Assembly: GCA_964607415.1 (NCBI GenBank)
Contig: CAZSKK010000001.1
Coordinates: 132,190 to 196,189 of the forward strand
Reading direction: 5' to 3'
From: an uncultured Candidatus Saccharibacteria bacterium
Lineage (GTDB): Bacteria > Patescibacteriota > Dojkabacteria > J137
Length of the DNA stretch: 64,000 bases
Under the pieces are notes generated by a model. The model saw only the letters and a list, made by a program, of their open reading frames with translations. It was not told where the DNA came from and did no database searches. This document shows positions 47,786 through 57,850 of this stretch, piece after piece. Every line of letters starts with the position of its first letter. Positions within the stretch are counted from its first letter, which is position 1. The translations under genes and the position numbers were made by a program.

Positions 47786-49468
47786 TTAATTCACTGCTTT
47801 TTGTGAATTGTAAATTTGATTATATTCCAATGATTGTCTTAATAATTCTTCATGTTTTCCTGTTGCAATAAGTTCTCCTTCCATAACTAAAATAATGTTA
47901 TCAAAATCCTTAATAGAGTTTATTTTTTGTGTAATTGCAACAACTGTAATCTCTGGATAATTCTTTTTTAAGTTATCAAAAATCTTTTTTTCAGTATTAA
48001 TATCAACTCTTGCAGTAAAATCGTCTAAAAGTAAAATTTTAGGATTCAATGCTAATGCTCGAGCCAAAGTTAATCTCTGCTTTTGTCCTCCAGACAAACT
48101 AACTCCTCTTTCTGAAACTATTGTTTCAAGTTTCTCAGGCAAGCTCTCTACAAAATCTTTAAGTTCAGCTGTTTCTATTGCTCTCCAAAGTTGTTCTTCA
48201 GATATATCTCCTCTAAATGCAATATTTTCTCTAATCGTTGTATTAAAAATAATACTATCTTGAAACACCATTCCCATTTGAGAGTAAAGATTGTTCGCAT
48301 CAAATTCAGAAATTTTATTTCCGTCAATCAAAATTTCACCCTCATTTGGATTGATTAATCCAGTTATAAGATAGAAAATCTGAGTTTTACCAGCAGCAGT
48401 TGGGCCAATAATGCCAACTCTTGATTTATCTTTAATTTCAAAATTTATATTATCTAAAATTCTTTTATTGGCTAAATCTAAAGTTACTTTTTTAAGCTTA
48501 ATATTTCCTTTTATATCTTTCTTTAAAGTACCGGAAACTTCAGGCTCAGGAGCTTCGATAACTTCCATAAGTCGTTGATATGTTGTAAATGCTCTTCCAA
48601 TTGTACTCGCCAAAAAGCCAAGTATAAAAATTGGATTTATAAAGATGTAAATATAGGTAAAGAAGGCAGAAAATTCTCCTGTAGTAAGTGTTCCGTCTAT
48701 GATTTGTACACCTCCATATCCAAGTACAATTAAAAAGGCAAGACTTACAACAACACTAATTACAGGAATTAGACTTGCAAAACCCGTAACAATTTTTGTC
48801 CCGATAAATTTTGCTTCATTGTTTACTTCTATAAATTTGTCTTGTTCAAATTTTTTTGCATTCAAGACTCTAATCAATGGACTACCTACAATACTTTCAT
48901 TTATAACTCTATTTAACTTATCTATAACTTCCTGACCTTTTTTGAAATACTTTTCGATAGCACTAAATATAGCACCAAATGCAAAAAGCAAAATTGGTAT
49001 TGTTAACAAAACTGGGATTGCAAGCCTCCAGTTGATAGATAAAAGCAAAATAATGCTACCAATTAGCTGAACTACAGCAGCAAATGCGATGACTAATCCT
49101 TGATTTATAAATTGTTTTACAGCATCCGTATCTGCTGTCAAATTTGTTAAAAGTTTGGAAGTAGAGACGCTATTTATGTATGTAAATGACTGTCTGGAAA
49201 TCTTTTCTATTACTTGACGTCTTAGCTCTTGAGCAATTTTTTCTGAAGTAATATTACCAATTACACTTTGGATCAAGCCTAAAATTAAAATTACTGTCGA
49301 AACTCCACCGAAAAGTAATAAATAATCATCTTTGTTGTAAGTTTGATCCTGAAGAGAATCGATTGCTTTTGAAGTAATCTGTGGTAGTAATAATCCAAGC
49401 CCATTAACAATCAACGATAAAGTAACTACTGTGAAGATGAGTAGTTTATAGTTTTTCAAAAAAGCCAA
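47786..49468 (-). CDS. ABC exporter, fused permease-ATPase subunit (partner of 45948..47723)
   Basis: 6-TM N-domain. GPTAAGKTQ Walker A, LSGGQKQRLTLARAL signature, ILLLDDFTARVD Walker B. Confidence 0.85.
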   Translation of the reverse strand: MAFLKNYKLLIFTVVTLSLIVNGLGLLLPQITSKAIDSLQDQTYNKDDYLLLFGGVSTVILILGLIQSVIGNITSEKIAQELRRQVIEKISRQSFTYINSVSTSKLLTNLTADTDAVKQFINQGLVIAFAAVVQLIGSIILLLSINWRLAIPVLLTIPILLFAFGAIFSAIEKYFKKGQEVIDKLNRVINESIVGSPLIRVLNAKKFEQDKFIEVNNEAKFIGTKIVTGFASLIPVISVVVSLAFLIVLGYGGVQIIDGTLTTGEFSAFFTYIYIFINPIFILGFLASTIGRAFTTYQRLMEVIEAPEPEVSGTLKKDIKGNIKLKKVTLDLANKRILDNINFEIKDKSRVGIIGPTAAGKTQIFYLITGLINPNEGEILIDGNKISEFDANNLYSQMGMVFQDSIIFNTTIRENIAFRGDISEEQLWRAIETAELKDFVESLPEKLETIVSERGVSLSGGQKQRLTLARALALNPKILLLDDFTARVDINTEKKIFDNLKKNYPEITVVAITQKINSIKDFDNIILVMEGELIATGKHEELLRQSLEYNQIYNSQKAVN

Positions 49469-49586
49469 TAAAGAAGGCTTTTTAGGTTCAATTGTTTTTC
49501 TTCTTTTTGTTGCCGTGAAACTTAATTGTATACGAAAAACTTAATTCTGTGAAGAGACTTTATTAGAGTAAGGTTTAGACAGAGAG

Positions 49587-50303
49587 TTAGTTGTGAAGAA
49601 ATTTGGTTGCAAGTGCTAAGGCATCGTACTCATTGTCAACACAGCGCAAAAATGGTTTATGGTAAGAGCTGAGCTCTTTTACTAGCTGATTTATCCCAGA
49701 GTTTACTGTTTGATCTTCTTGCTGAATTATAATAACTGGCTTTCCTTGTTTTAGTGCTGATCTAATTGCACTTTGAGTTCCAGAATTTGTTTCCACATCT
49801 ATCGCGATTACGCACAGAGTATTAGCAGTTAAGAGCCTGTTTCTTGTTTTATAGTCTTCGCTCTCATTTGTGACTTTTAAAAATGGTGCAATTATTAAGT
49901 GGTTCCTTGCAAGGTTTCTTGCGTTAAAGATTCGGGTTATAGATTGATGAGGTTGATAAATCTCACTTATAGCCGCAAAAAACCCAACTGTTGGAGATCC
50001 TAATTGAATCAATCGGTTCATAACAGCTTGGTCAATGCCTGGTGCATATCCAGAAGCAATACATATCTTATTATCAGATGCTAATTCCGCAATTCCCATT
50101 GCCAAACTTAGACCTGAAATAGACGCTCGTCTTGAGCCTATAACGGCAATAGAGTTTGGAAGAGCTGCATCAATTAGTTCTATATTTCCTTTTGCATAAA
50201 GTTGTTTATGAGTGAGAAAGTCTAGTTGTGAGCAATTTGGTGTCAGAATGTGTACTGGCGAAGGTTGATACTCATCTAATTGTGGATCTTGTTGATTTTG
50301 CAT
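49587..50303 (-). CDS. dprA: DprA/Smf-like (SLOG-fold) DNA-processing protein
   Basis: IAVIGSRRASISGLSLAMGIAELASDNKICIASGYAPGIDQAVMNRLIQLGSPTVGFFAAISEIYQP follows the DprA Rossmann block (VGSR .. SGxAxGID..AH .. TIAVLG.G.D.IYP). Confidence 0.5.
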   Translation of the reverse strand: MQNQQDPQLDEYQPSPVHILTPNCSQLDFLTHKQLYAKGNIELIDAALPNSIAVIGSRRASISGLSLAMGIAELASDNKICIASGYAPGIDQAVMNRLIQLGSPTVGFFAAISEIYQPHQSITRIFNARNLARNHLIIAPFLKVTNESEDYKTRNRLLTANTLCVIAIDVETNSGTQSAIRSALKQGKPVIIIQQEDQTVNSGINQLVKELSSYHKPFLRCVDNEYDALALATKFLHN

Positions 50304-50356
50304 ATATAATTATACTATATCTGCTGCGTGTGTATCAATATTCAGTAAGCAGTTCA

Positions 50357-50953
50357 CTATTGAAGGTTGTTCAAAACTTCTTTAAAAGTAGCATTTAAAA
50401 CTTGTAGCTCTTCGTAGGTAAATTTACCAAGCACATAATCTCTACCCGTAATGTGTTGAGAGTTATGAGTTATGGTTTCTGAGTTTTCTCTCTGATCTCT
50501 ATTCTCTATTCCTATTCTTAAACGCCAAAACTTTGTTGTTCTTAGTCTACTTTCAATATCATTAACACCATTATGAATTCTTGGTCCTTTATCAAATTGG
50601 ATTTTATATTTACCAAACTGAATATCTAAATCATCATGAGCTACTAAAATTTCTTCAGGTTTTATTTTATAAAAATTTAAAATTAGCTGAACTGAATCTC
50701 CAGATAAGTTCATCATTGTGACAGGCTTGGCAAGTAACTTCGAGCTCCCTGCTTCGAACTTCGAGATTAGGGCCTTAAACTTAGGCTCTTCTCTAAATTC
50801 CTCGTTTGTAAGTGAATCTAAAAATAAAAAACCTGCATTGTGACGGGTTTTTGCGTAATCACGACCAACGTTTCCAAGGCCTACTATCAATTTTATGTTT
50901 TGAGGGTTGAATTCGTGTTGAATTGACATAGAGCAATTATAGCAAAGCCTCAC
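50357..50953 (-). CDS. pth: Peptidyl-tRNA hydrolase
   Basis: KLIVGLGNVGRDYAKTRHNAGFLFLD matches the Pth N-terminal signature (VGLGNPG..Y..TRHN.GF). Confidence 0.85.
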   Translation of the reverse strand: MRLCYNCSMSIQHEFNPQNIKLIVGLGNVGRDYAKTRHNAGFLFLDSLTNEEFREEPKFKALISKFEAGSSKLLAKPVTMMNLSGDSVQLILNFYKIKPEEILVAHDDLDIQFGKYKIQFDKGPRIHNGVNDIESRLRTTKFWRLRIGIENRDQRENSETITHNSQHITGRDYVLGKFTYEELQVLNATFKEVLNNLQ

Positions 50954-51024
50954 CCCTTTTGTTACACAAAAGACCCTCTCCTGTAGGAGAGGGTGGCTAA
51001 GTACAAGCGAAGCCGGGTGAGGCT
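50947..51024. promoter_or_regulatory. Nested hairpin element GCCTCACCC .. CCCTCTCCT-GT-AGGAGAGGG .. GGGTGAGGC between the recombinase stop and pth start
   Basis: Read directly. Perfect inner 9-bp stem, outer 9-bp inverted repeat. Confidence 0.5.
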
Positions 51025-52108
51025 ACTTGAGCGGATGATGTTTTCTGTGTGCCTCTTCTGCAAATTTATCTGAAGCGTGAACATATTTTGAAGTAGTTGA
51101 AAGTGATGCATGCCCAAGTAAACGCTGAATTGCAGCTGGATTTGCACCTTCTTCAGCTAAATAAGTTGCAAATCCATGTCTTAGGCTATGTGCACTTGTT
51201 GGAACTACAATTCCAAGTCTTCTTCTATATTCTGCAATTTTCATTTGAATATAATTTGCAGAAAGTCTTACTAAATATGGATTTCCTGTTGCTTTACGCG
51301 TTCCTTTTGTTGGAATAAACATTGCTGGAAAATCGTCGTGGCGCATTTTTACGTATTCGGACAAAAAATGGACGGCTCTTTCAGTTAAATAAACAAATCT
51401 TTGCTTCTTGCCTTTACCTTGAATATACATTTTATTGTCTAAAATCTCACCTGTGGAGTTCATTTTTATGTGTTCTCTGTTCAGATTTGTAATTTCGGAA
51501 ATTCTCATTCCTGTTGAAAAAAGTAGTTCAAGAATTGCTCTGTTTCTTTTTTGAACAATTATCTCGGTTTCAAATTGCTCTGGGCATTCAATTAAATTTA
51601 TTAATTCATCCAGTTCTGCTACTTGTTTTTCCTTTTTTTCAGCTCTAATCATTTTTATTGCTGAAGGTGAAATTGGTACTGGCTTATCGATATCAACTAA
51701 AAAAGCAAGGTATGATCTTAGTGCCGAAAGCATTCTGTTTACACTTGCATCTGAAAGTTGACCACGATACAAAGCTTTTTTCTTTTCAGAAATTTCATTT
51801 CGAGATTTTTCTATTACTTCTTGGGTTAATTCTTCGCCTTTTTCAAAAACATGCAAAATTGGTATATAATTTTGGTTACGTAAAAAACCTTTGTAGTCGC
51901 TGATTGTTAATTTCTCGATTTTTTCAAAAGGAGTTTCGATATAAAATAGAAAAGCTGAAAAAATGTCCAGATCACGTTTGTAGTTATCAAGTGTTTCTCT
52001 TGAATAGTTATTATTTGCAAGGTTTGAAAGGTATTCTCTTAAGTATGGAAGAGAATATGGTGAAATTGGGCTTGCTTTTGAGTCAGATACAATATTCATA
52101 TATAACAA
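51023..52108 (-). CDS. xerC: Tyrosine site-specific recombinase (XerC/XerD family)
   Basis: C-terminal SAHSLRHGFATYLAEEGANPAAIQRLLGHASLSTTSKYVHAS (R..HxxR..Y catalytic residues). GMRISE box, N-terminal SAM-like domain. Confidence 0.8.
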   Translation of the reverse strand: MLYMNIVSDSKASPISPYSLPYLREYLSNLANNNYSRETLDNYKRDLDIFSAFLFYIETPFEKIEKLTISDYKGFLRNQNYIPILHVFEKGEELTQEVIEKSRNEISEKKKALYRGQLSDASVNRMLSALRSYLAFLVDIDKPVPISPSAIKMIRAEKKEKQVAELDELINLIECPEQFETEIIVQKRNRAILELLFSTGMRISEITNLNREHIKMNSTGEILDNKMYIQGKGKKQRFVYLTERAVHFLSEYVKMRHDDFPAMFIPTKGTRKATGNPYLVRLSANYIQMKIAEYRRRLGIVVPTSAHSLRHGFATYLAEEGANPAAIQRLLGHASLSTTSKYVHASDKFAEEAHRKHHPLK

Positions 52109-52173
52109 TATATCACACTTGTAATTTGAAATTTAAGCGTTAACTCTTCTAGGCTTAGTGCTATAATTTTTTC

Positions 52174-53511
52174 ATGAATCACAGACTTTCAGAAATAATT
52201 AAAAAGGAAGAACTTCGACAGCAAACAACTTTAGGTTTAATCCCATCAGAAAACTTCTCATCTAAAGCCGTACGAGAAGCTGTTGGTTCAGTTATGATGC
52301 ACAAATATTCTGAAGGTTATCCAAATGCCAGATATTATGAAGGAAACGAAGTTATTGATGAGCTTGAACTTTTATGTATTCAAATGTTTAAAAAGGTATT
52401 TAATTTGCCATCAGATTGGAGTGCAAACGTTCAACCTTTAGCTGGATCCAATGCAAATCTTGCAGTTTACAATGCTTTATTAAACCCTGGTGATACAATC
52501 TTGAGTATGTATCTTCCAGATGGAGGGCATTTATCACATGGTTGGAGTTTTACACCAACAAAGGATAGAACTGACGAAGAGTCAAGAAGTTTGGAGACCG
52601 ATTCTGCATACTATGGTGGTAAAACTAAAATCAGTATTGTTTCCAAATTTTTTAATGTCGTTCAGTATAAAGTGAATAAGGATACTTTACTTTTTGATTA
52701 TGACCAAATTGAAAAATTGGCTTTAGAAGTTAAACCTAAGCTAATTATTACAGGAGGAACTGCATATCCAAGAAATATTGATTATAAAAGAATGGCAGAA
52801 ATTGCAAATAAAGTTGGAGCTTATTATTTAGCGGATGTAGCACATGAAGCAGGTTTAATTTCGGCTGGAGTTTTACCTTCACCTGTTGGAATTGCTGATG
52901 TTGTAACGCTTACAACTCATAAAACATTGCGAGGTCCAAAAGGTGCTGCAATTTTAATGGAAAAAGATTTAGAAAATTTGATTAATAAAGCTGTAATGCC
53001 AGGGCTTCAAGGTGGGCCTCATAATGGAACAATTGCTGGAATTACACAAGCTTTGTTTGAAGCTGACACTGAAGAATTTAAACAATATGCAGCTCAAATA
53101 ATTGCAAATGCAAAAATACTTGCAGATGAGCTTCAAAATTTTGGATTTAATATTGTGTCTGGTGGAACAGATAAGCACTTGATTTTAATTGATTTAAGGT
53201 CTAAAAATATAGGTGGAAAAGTTTTGGCAAAAGCTCTTAGTTATGCTGGAATTGTTGCAAACATGAACACAATTCCTTTTGAAACTGGTTCGCCTTTAAA
53301 CCCTTCTGGTTTAAGGATTGGAACACCAACAGTTACAACTAGAGGCATGAAGGAAACAGAAATGAAAATAATTGCAGCATGGATTGATAAAATAACAGAA
53401 ATAGTTAGCGAGTTTAGCGTGTTTGAAGAAAGAATAAAGAACGAAGCTAGAATTCTGGAAATAAGAAAAGAAGTTGAAGACCTTTGTGCTAAATTTCCCT
53501 TAGAAGTTTAA
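52174..53511 (+). CDS. glyA: Serine hydroxymethyltransferase
   Basis: LIPSENF and TTHKTLRGPKG (PLP-lysine motif) plus overall SHMT layout. Contains about a 35-aa insertion. Confidence 0.9.
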   Translation: MNHRLSEIIKKEELRQQTTLGLIPSENFSSKAVREAVGSVMMHKYSEGYPNARYYEGNEVIDELELLCIQMFKKVFNLPSDWSANVQPLAGSNANLAVYNALLNPGDTILSMYLPDGGHLSHGWSFTPTKDRTDEESRSLETDSAYYGGKTKISIVSKFFNVVQYKVNKDTLLFDYDQIEKLALEVKPKLIITGGTAYPRNIDYKRMAEIANKVGAYYLADVAHEAGLISAGVLPSPVGIADVVTLTTHKTLRGPKGAAILMEKDLENLINKAVMPGLQGGPHNGTIAGITQALFEADTEEFKQYAAQIIANAKILADELQNFGFNIVSGGTDKHLILIDLRSKNIGGKVLAKALSYAGIVANMNTIPFETGSPLNPSGLRIGTPTVTTRGMKETEMKIIAAWIDKITEIVSEFSVFEERIKNEARILEIRKEVEDLCAKFPLEV

Positions 53512-53598
53512 AGTTAAAGGTTAAAAGTTCTGTGTCGTTCCACACTTGATGCGGAATCTAATTTTTAGAGCTATATTCTTACTTATTAATTACTTAAT

Positions 53599-53856
53599 AT
53601 GCCAAGTGTTACATGGAATTCAAATAACAAGCCAGATGCAGCTTCAGGATATGAAGTTTGTAATGATAGTAGTATTGCTACTAATGTTCCATTAAGAGCG
53701 GGATATGGTTGGAGAGGCACTGTGTTAGTTGACCGTTTAGGTAATACAATAACTCTAAACGAATATATTATGCAAACTGGTCATAATATAGAACTTGTGA
53801 AACAAGGTGAAAGTTATATTGTAGTAGAAATTAAACAAGAACCAATCGAAGCCTAA
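53599..53856 (+). CDS. Hypothetical small protein
   Basis: ORF only. Confidence 0.25.
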   Translation: MPSVTWNSNNKPDAASGYEVCNDSSIATNVPLRAGYGWRGTVLVDRLGNTITLNEYIMQTGHNIELVKQGESYIVVEIKQEPIEA

Positions 53857-54740
53857 GAGTTGATTCTTACAACGTTTCTAATCAAACATGCAATTGTTAA
53901 TGGGCCTACTCCTCCAGGAACTGGAGTTAAGTAGGCTATTTTTTCAGTCAATTCTTTGGAAACAATAACATCTCCAACTATCTTTTCGGCTTGCTTTACG
54001 CTTGTTACATCAATTACAATCGCGTCTTTTTTAAAGAACTTATGATCAAATATATGTGGTTTACCTGTTGCCGTTATTACAATGTCGGCCTTAGTTGAAT
54101 AATTAATTAGTGAATTAGTTAATTTGTTGGCTATAGTTACAGTAGCATTTAAGCTTGTAAGAACTTGACTTAATGGCTTTCCAATTAAATTTGAATTATT
54201 AATAATCAAAACGTTTTTGCCAACTAAATAATTATTTTCTAAATCTACTTTCTGTGCTGAAATTGCATCCCAGCTTAGATCATCTTTAGTTATATCATTT
54301 ATACATTCTAAAATTGCTTCAACGGTAGCACTTAATATCGATCCAGTTAATAAATGGCTTGTTCCACCCTGTTGAATTGCTGTTAGTCCATCAATATCTT
54401 TTCTTGGACTAATTGTGTTTACAATCAATGAAGTATATTTTTTAAGGTGATCGAACACAGGAAGCTGCACATGTATACCTGTAATTGAGTCATCAGCGTT
54501 AAAAGCATTAATTTGATTTAAGATATCTTCAATTTTGACATTTTGATCAAATTCAATAATATCTGATTTAATTCCAAACTCTTCTGCTTTTTTTGTTTTC
54601 ATCTTCACGTACATCCTACTAGCCTCGTCATTAGAAGCTAAAATTACCCCAATCTTTAAGCTATCAGCTATCAGCTTTCTGCTATCAGCTAATTCGGTAT
54701 AAATTTTCTCTGCTATTTGTTTGCCGTCAATTAATTTCAT
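53853..54740 (-). CDS. folD: Bifunctional methylenetetrahydrofolate dehydrogenase/cyclohydrolase FolD
   Basis: MKLIDGKQIAEKI start, GKNVLIINNSNLIGKPLSQVL, and PVPGGVGPLT near the C-terminus (FolD PVPGGVGPMT). Confidence 0.85.
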   Translation of the reverse strand: MKLIDGKQIAEKIYTELADSRKLIADSLKIGVILASNDEASRMYVKMKTKKAEEFGIKSDIIEFDQNVKIEDILNQINAFNADDSITGIHVQLPVFDHLKKYTSLIVNTISPRKDIDGLTAIQQGGTSHLLTGSILSATVEAILECINDITKDDLSWDAISAQKVDLENNYLVGKNVLIINNSNLIGKPLSQVLTSLNATVTIANKLTNSLINYSTKADIVITATGKPHIFDHKFFKKDAIVIDVTSVKQAEKIVGDVIVSKELTEKIAYLTPVPGGVGPLTIACLIRNVVRINS

Positions 54741-54757
54741 GTAGTAATTTTAACAGA

Positions 54758-55156
54758 TTACGATTCGTTAGGCACAAAGTATTCTATAGATTCTTCTAAT
54801 GTGCAAAGTTGCTTGTGGATTCTTGAGGCTTGAATAGATTGAGGAGTATTGCAGGCAAGCGTTTTAATTAGTTTTCGTCTTATAAAAGAAATTCTTTCTG
54901 GAGCCTGCAATATAGAATTAAGAGTTTCATTGGGCTCATCTAAGTTTAGATTAATTCGTCCTTCAAGTTTCTCAAGTAAACCTCTGAAATTGGGATTAAG
55001 CGTGTTGTTGTAGATTTTTTCAACATAACCTTTAATAATTTCGAATCGTGTCTGCTCACTGGTTGAATCAAAATGCAAAATATCTTTAAACTGGGCATAT
55101 AACTGCTCTCTAATTTCTAAAGTTTGGTTTAGAACCTCTTCAGATTTATCTGGCAT
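54758..55156 (-). CDS. Hypothetical protein
   Basis: ORF only. Confidence 0.3.
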   Translation of the reverse strand: MPDKSEEVLNQTLEIREQLYAQFKDILHFDSTSEQTRFEIIKGYVEKIYNNTLNPNFRGLLEKLEGRINLNLDEPNETLNSILQAPERISFIRRKLIKTLACNTPQSIQASRIHKQLCTLEESIEYFVPNES

Positions 55157-55496
55157 TGTTAGGTGTTAAAGATTTAAAAAGAAATTTTAATCCTAAAAAC
55201 GGTAAAATAACCAATGATCCTAAAAATAGTACAGGTAAAGCAAAAATGTATTTAATTTTAAGCTTGCTGCTTGTTACAATCCATCCTGAAATTATTGTTG
55301 AAAGTATTCCTATGTCAATAAACATTCCTCGTGCAAGGCTACTACGTTTTAGAGTTTGAATTGGTCCAATATCTGAAAAGCCAAATTTTGAGAATTTCCC
55401 TTGACTATCAGCTTTTAAAAATTGAAAGAAAAGGAGCCATATTAAGAGTGCAACAATTGAGATTGTAAAGTTTGTTAAACGACTTAAAGGCTTCAT
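55146..55496 (-). CDS. Small membrane protein (hypothetical)
   Basis: 3 hydrophobic helices. Confidence 0.3.
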   Translation of the reverse strand: MKPLSRLTNFTISIVALLIWLLFFQFLKADSQGKFSKFGFSDIGPIQTLKRSSLARGMFIDIGILSTIISGWIVTSSKLKIKYIFALPVLFLGSLVILPFLGLKFLFKSLTPNNAR

Positions 55497-55840
55497 AAAT
55501 ACAGAATATAGAATTTGGATTCAAGATTCAAGGACTAAGGCTGAAAGACAGAGGTCAGAAAACAGATGACAGAAATAATCTAAGCGACTTCCGGCCTCCA
55601 GATTCTGGCTTCTTACTTTTATTTATGCTATAATAACACTTGATTAAAAACTAGTTGGGTAATCTACTCTGCTAGCGCCCGTTTTGAGATTCTTTAATTA
55701 ATTTGCGCTGCATGAGTATCCTTAAGACTAAATTTAAAGTCTTAGTATTTTTGCAACGCGTAAATTAAAAATCTTCGCTTTCCGCAACAATAATTTTTCC
55801 CTGACTCGTTTTTACAATTTAATTTTTTATTGTAAAAATC

Positions 55841-57373
55841 GTGGATAATAGAAACGATAATAGAGTTGGGTCTAACTCTGGGTATAGACCATATAATAGT
55901 TCAAGTTCTAGTAATAGAAGGCCACAATATGGCTCAAACAATCGAGAATCTGGAAGTAGATACGGTAATTCCGGATCCGGAAATAGAAGTGCAGGAAGTA
56001 GTTATAACAAACCTTCTTCATCTTCTTATGGAAGCAGGTCATCATTTAATTCTGGAAGACCTTCATTTGGTAGTAACAGAAGAGGTGGTGGATATAGAGG
56101 TGGAAGCAGATCAGGAGGTGGAAGAAAGACATCGGCAGTTATGATGGATCCGAATACATATATTAAAAAAGCAATAGAATCTGTTGAGAAAGTTGAATAT
56201 ATTCCCAAAAATACTTTTAATGATTTCAAAATAGACGAAAACTTAAGAAAGAATATACTATCAAAAGGATACGAGCTTCCAACTCCTATTCAAGATAAAA
56301 CTATTGACTTTGGCTTACAAGGAAAAGATGTTATAGGTGAAGCAAATACTGGAACAGGTAAAACAGCTGCATTTTTAATTCCTTTAATCGATAAAGTTAT
56401 CAAGAAACCTAACCAAAGAGTAATTATCATGGCTCCTACAAGAGAGCTTGCTCTTCAGATTTCTGAAGAATTTAGAACTTTTGTAAAAGGCTTCAGAATT
56501 TACTCTGTAGATTGTATTGGTGGATCATCAATTAGTAATCAAATTTCTCAACTTAGAAGAAATCCTAATTTTGTAATAGGAACTCCAGGTAGAATAAAAG
56601 ATTTGATTAATAGAAGAGTCCTTAATCTATCATCGTTCTCAAATGTTGTATTAGATGAAGCAGATAGAATGGTAGATATGGGATTTATTGATGACATCAA
56701 ATACATTCTTAGTCAATTAAATGAAGAAAGGCAGTCCTTGTTTTTTTCGGCAACAATTTCTAAAGAAATTAACGAACTTATAAGAGCTTTCTTAAAAGAA
56801 CCTGAATTTGTAAGCGTCAAATCAAGACCAACATCGGAAAATGTTGATCAGGACGTTGTTCATGTTAAAAACGGCATTTCTAAAGTAGATATGCTTCATG
56901 ATATTTTGGTAAAACCAGAAGTTGAAAAAGTTTTAGTTTTTGTTAAAACAAAGATAGGAGCCGAGAGGCTTGATAGAGAACTTTACCAGAGAGGCTTCAA
57001 AGTTTCTGCAATTCATGGTGATAAATCTCAATATCAAAGACAACAGGCAATTGTTAAGTTTAAAAATGGAACTTCAAAGATTTTGGTCGCAACAGATGTT
57101 GCAGCACGTGGTTTAGATATTCCAAATGTAACTCATGTTATAAACTACGACTTACCTGCAACTTTGGAAGATTATATTCATAGAATTGGAAGAACTGGTA
57201 GAGCAAATAAAAAAGGTAATGCTCTAACATTTATAGAAGAAAATATGTCAAGATCACAATCCTCTGGAGGATTTGGTGGAGGATATAACAGATCTAGATC
57301 TAGTGGATCTTCATCATTTAGAAGAAGCTCAGGCGGATTTGGAGGTGGTAGAAGAAGTTCATTCAGACGATAA
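55841..57373 (+). CDS. DEAD-box ATP-dependent RNA helicase with S/R/G-rich N- and C-terminal low-complexity tails
   Basis: ANTGTGKTAAF (motif I), VLDEADRM (DEAD), SAT, HRIGRTGR (motif VI). About 340-nt structured leader upstream. Confidence 0.9.
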   Translation: MDNRNDNRVGSNSGYRPYNSSSSSNRRPQYGSNNRESGSRYGNSGSGNRSAGSSYNKPSSSSYGSRSSFNSGRPSFGSNRRGGGYRGGSRSGGGRKTSAVMMDPNTYIKKAIESVEKVEYIPKNTFNDFKIDENLRKNILSKGYELPTPIQDKTIDFGLQGKDVIGEANTGTGKTAAFLIPLIDKVIKKPNQRVIIMAPTRELALQISEEFRTFVKGFRIYSVDCIGGSSISNQISQLRRNPNFVIGTPGRIKDLINRRVLNLSSFSNVVLDEADRMVDMGFIDDIKYILSQLNEERQSLFFSATISKEINELIRAFLKEPEFVSVKSRPTSENVDQDVVHVKNGISKVDMLHDILVKPEVEKVLVFVKTKIGAERLDRELYQRGFKVSAIHGDKSQYQRQQAIVKFKNGTSKILVATDVAARGLDIPNVTHVINYDLPATLEDYIHRIGRTGRANKKGNALTFIEENMSRSQSSGGFGGGYNRSRSSGSSSFRRSSGGFGGGRRSSFRR

Positions 57374-57421
57374 CTTTATGCGTTTGATGTTAGACGTAAG
57401 TCGTTTGACGAAGAATACAAA

Positions 57422-57456
57422 AGAAGCCGCGACGTCGACGTCGCGGCTTCTTTGCT
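57422..57456. terminator. Bidirectional intrinsic terminator
   Basis: Perfect palindrome GAAGCCGCGACGTC GACGTCGCGGCTTC followed by TTTGCTTGT. Preceded by an A/T-rich tract on the other strand. Between convergent genes. Confidence 0.7.
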
Positions 57457-57470
57457 TGTATTGGCAATCT

Positions 57471-57830
57471 CTATAATTCGGCAACTGCATCAAGCCCATG
57501 CGTTATTTGTTGAGGATCAACGCCAAGAATTTCTGCAATTTTAGATATATCACCTGCACCATAAATGTAGCCGTGAATTATTTCTAAAGTCTCAATTCCT
57601 GGGTCAAGTAGCGGGCTATGTATACCACCTGCTCGTGTCTGTTCATTAAGATGTTGAATTGAGTGTTCAGTTCTAAGCCAGTCAGATATTCCTTTCGTTA
57701 TTTGATAATGAGAAGGATCTCGTAAGTTGGCAGGAAGTAAGAATCTTCCTGGTTTAGAAGTTTCATAAAATCTATGCCCATTTTGTAAGTGTTCTAAAAC
57801 TTCTGCTGATGAAAGTGTTGGGATTTCCAT
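57471..57830 (-). CDS. Hypothetical protein with C-terminal HTH-like segment
   Basis: ISKIAEILGVDPQQITHGL resembles a helix-turn-helix. Confidence 0.3.
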   Translation of the reverse strand: MEIPTLSSAEVLEHLQNGHRFYETSKPGRFLLPANLRDPSHYQITKGISDWLRTEHSIQHLNEQTRAGGIHSPLLDPGIETLEIIHGYIYGAGDISKIAEILGVDPQQITHGLDAVAEL

Positions 57831-57850
57831 TTAAATATAAACTTTGGAGA

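Noticed and set aside
54655-54700. GCTATCA tandem heptads inside folD
   Set aside because: They are in frame (three 7-bp units equal 21 bp) and encode residues (ADSRKLIADSLKIG) that align with the normal FolD N-terminal region. Treated as coincidental resemblance to the intergenic heptad arrays, not an insertion.
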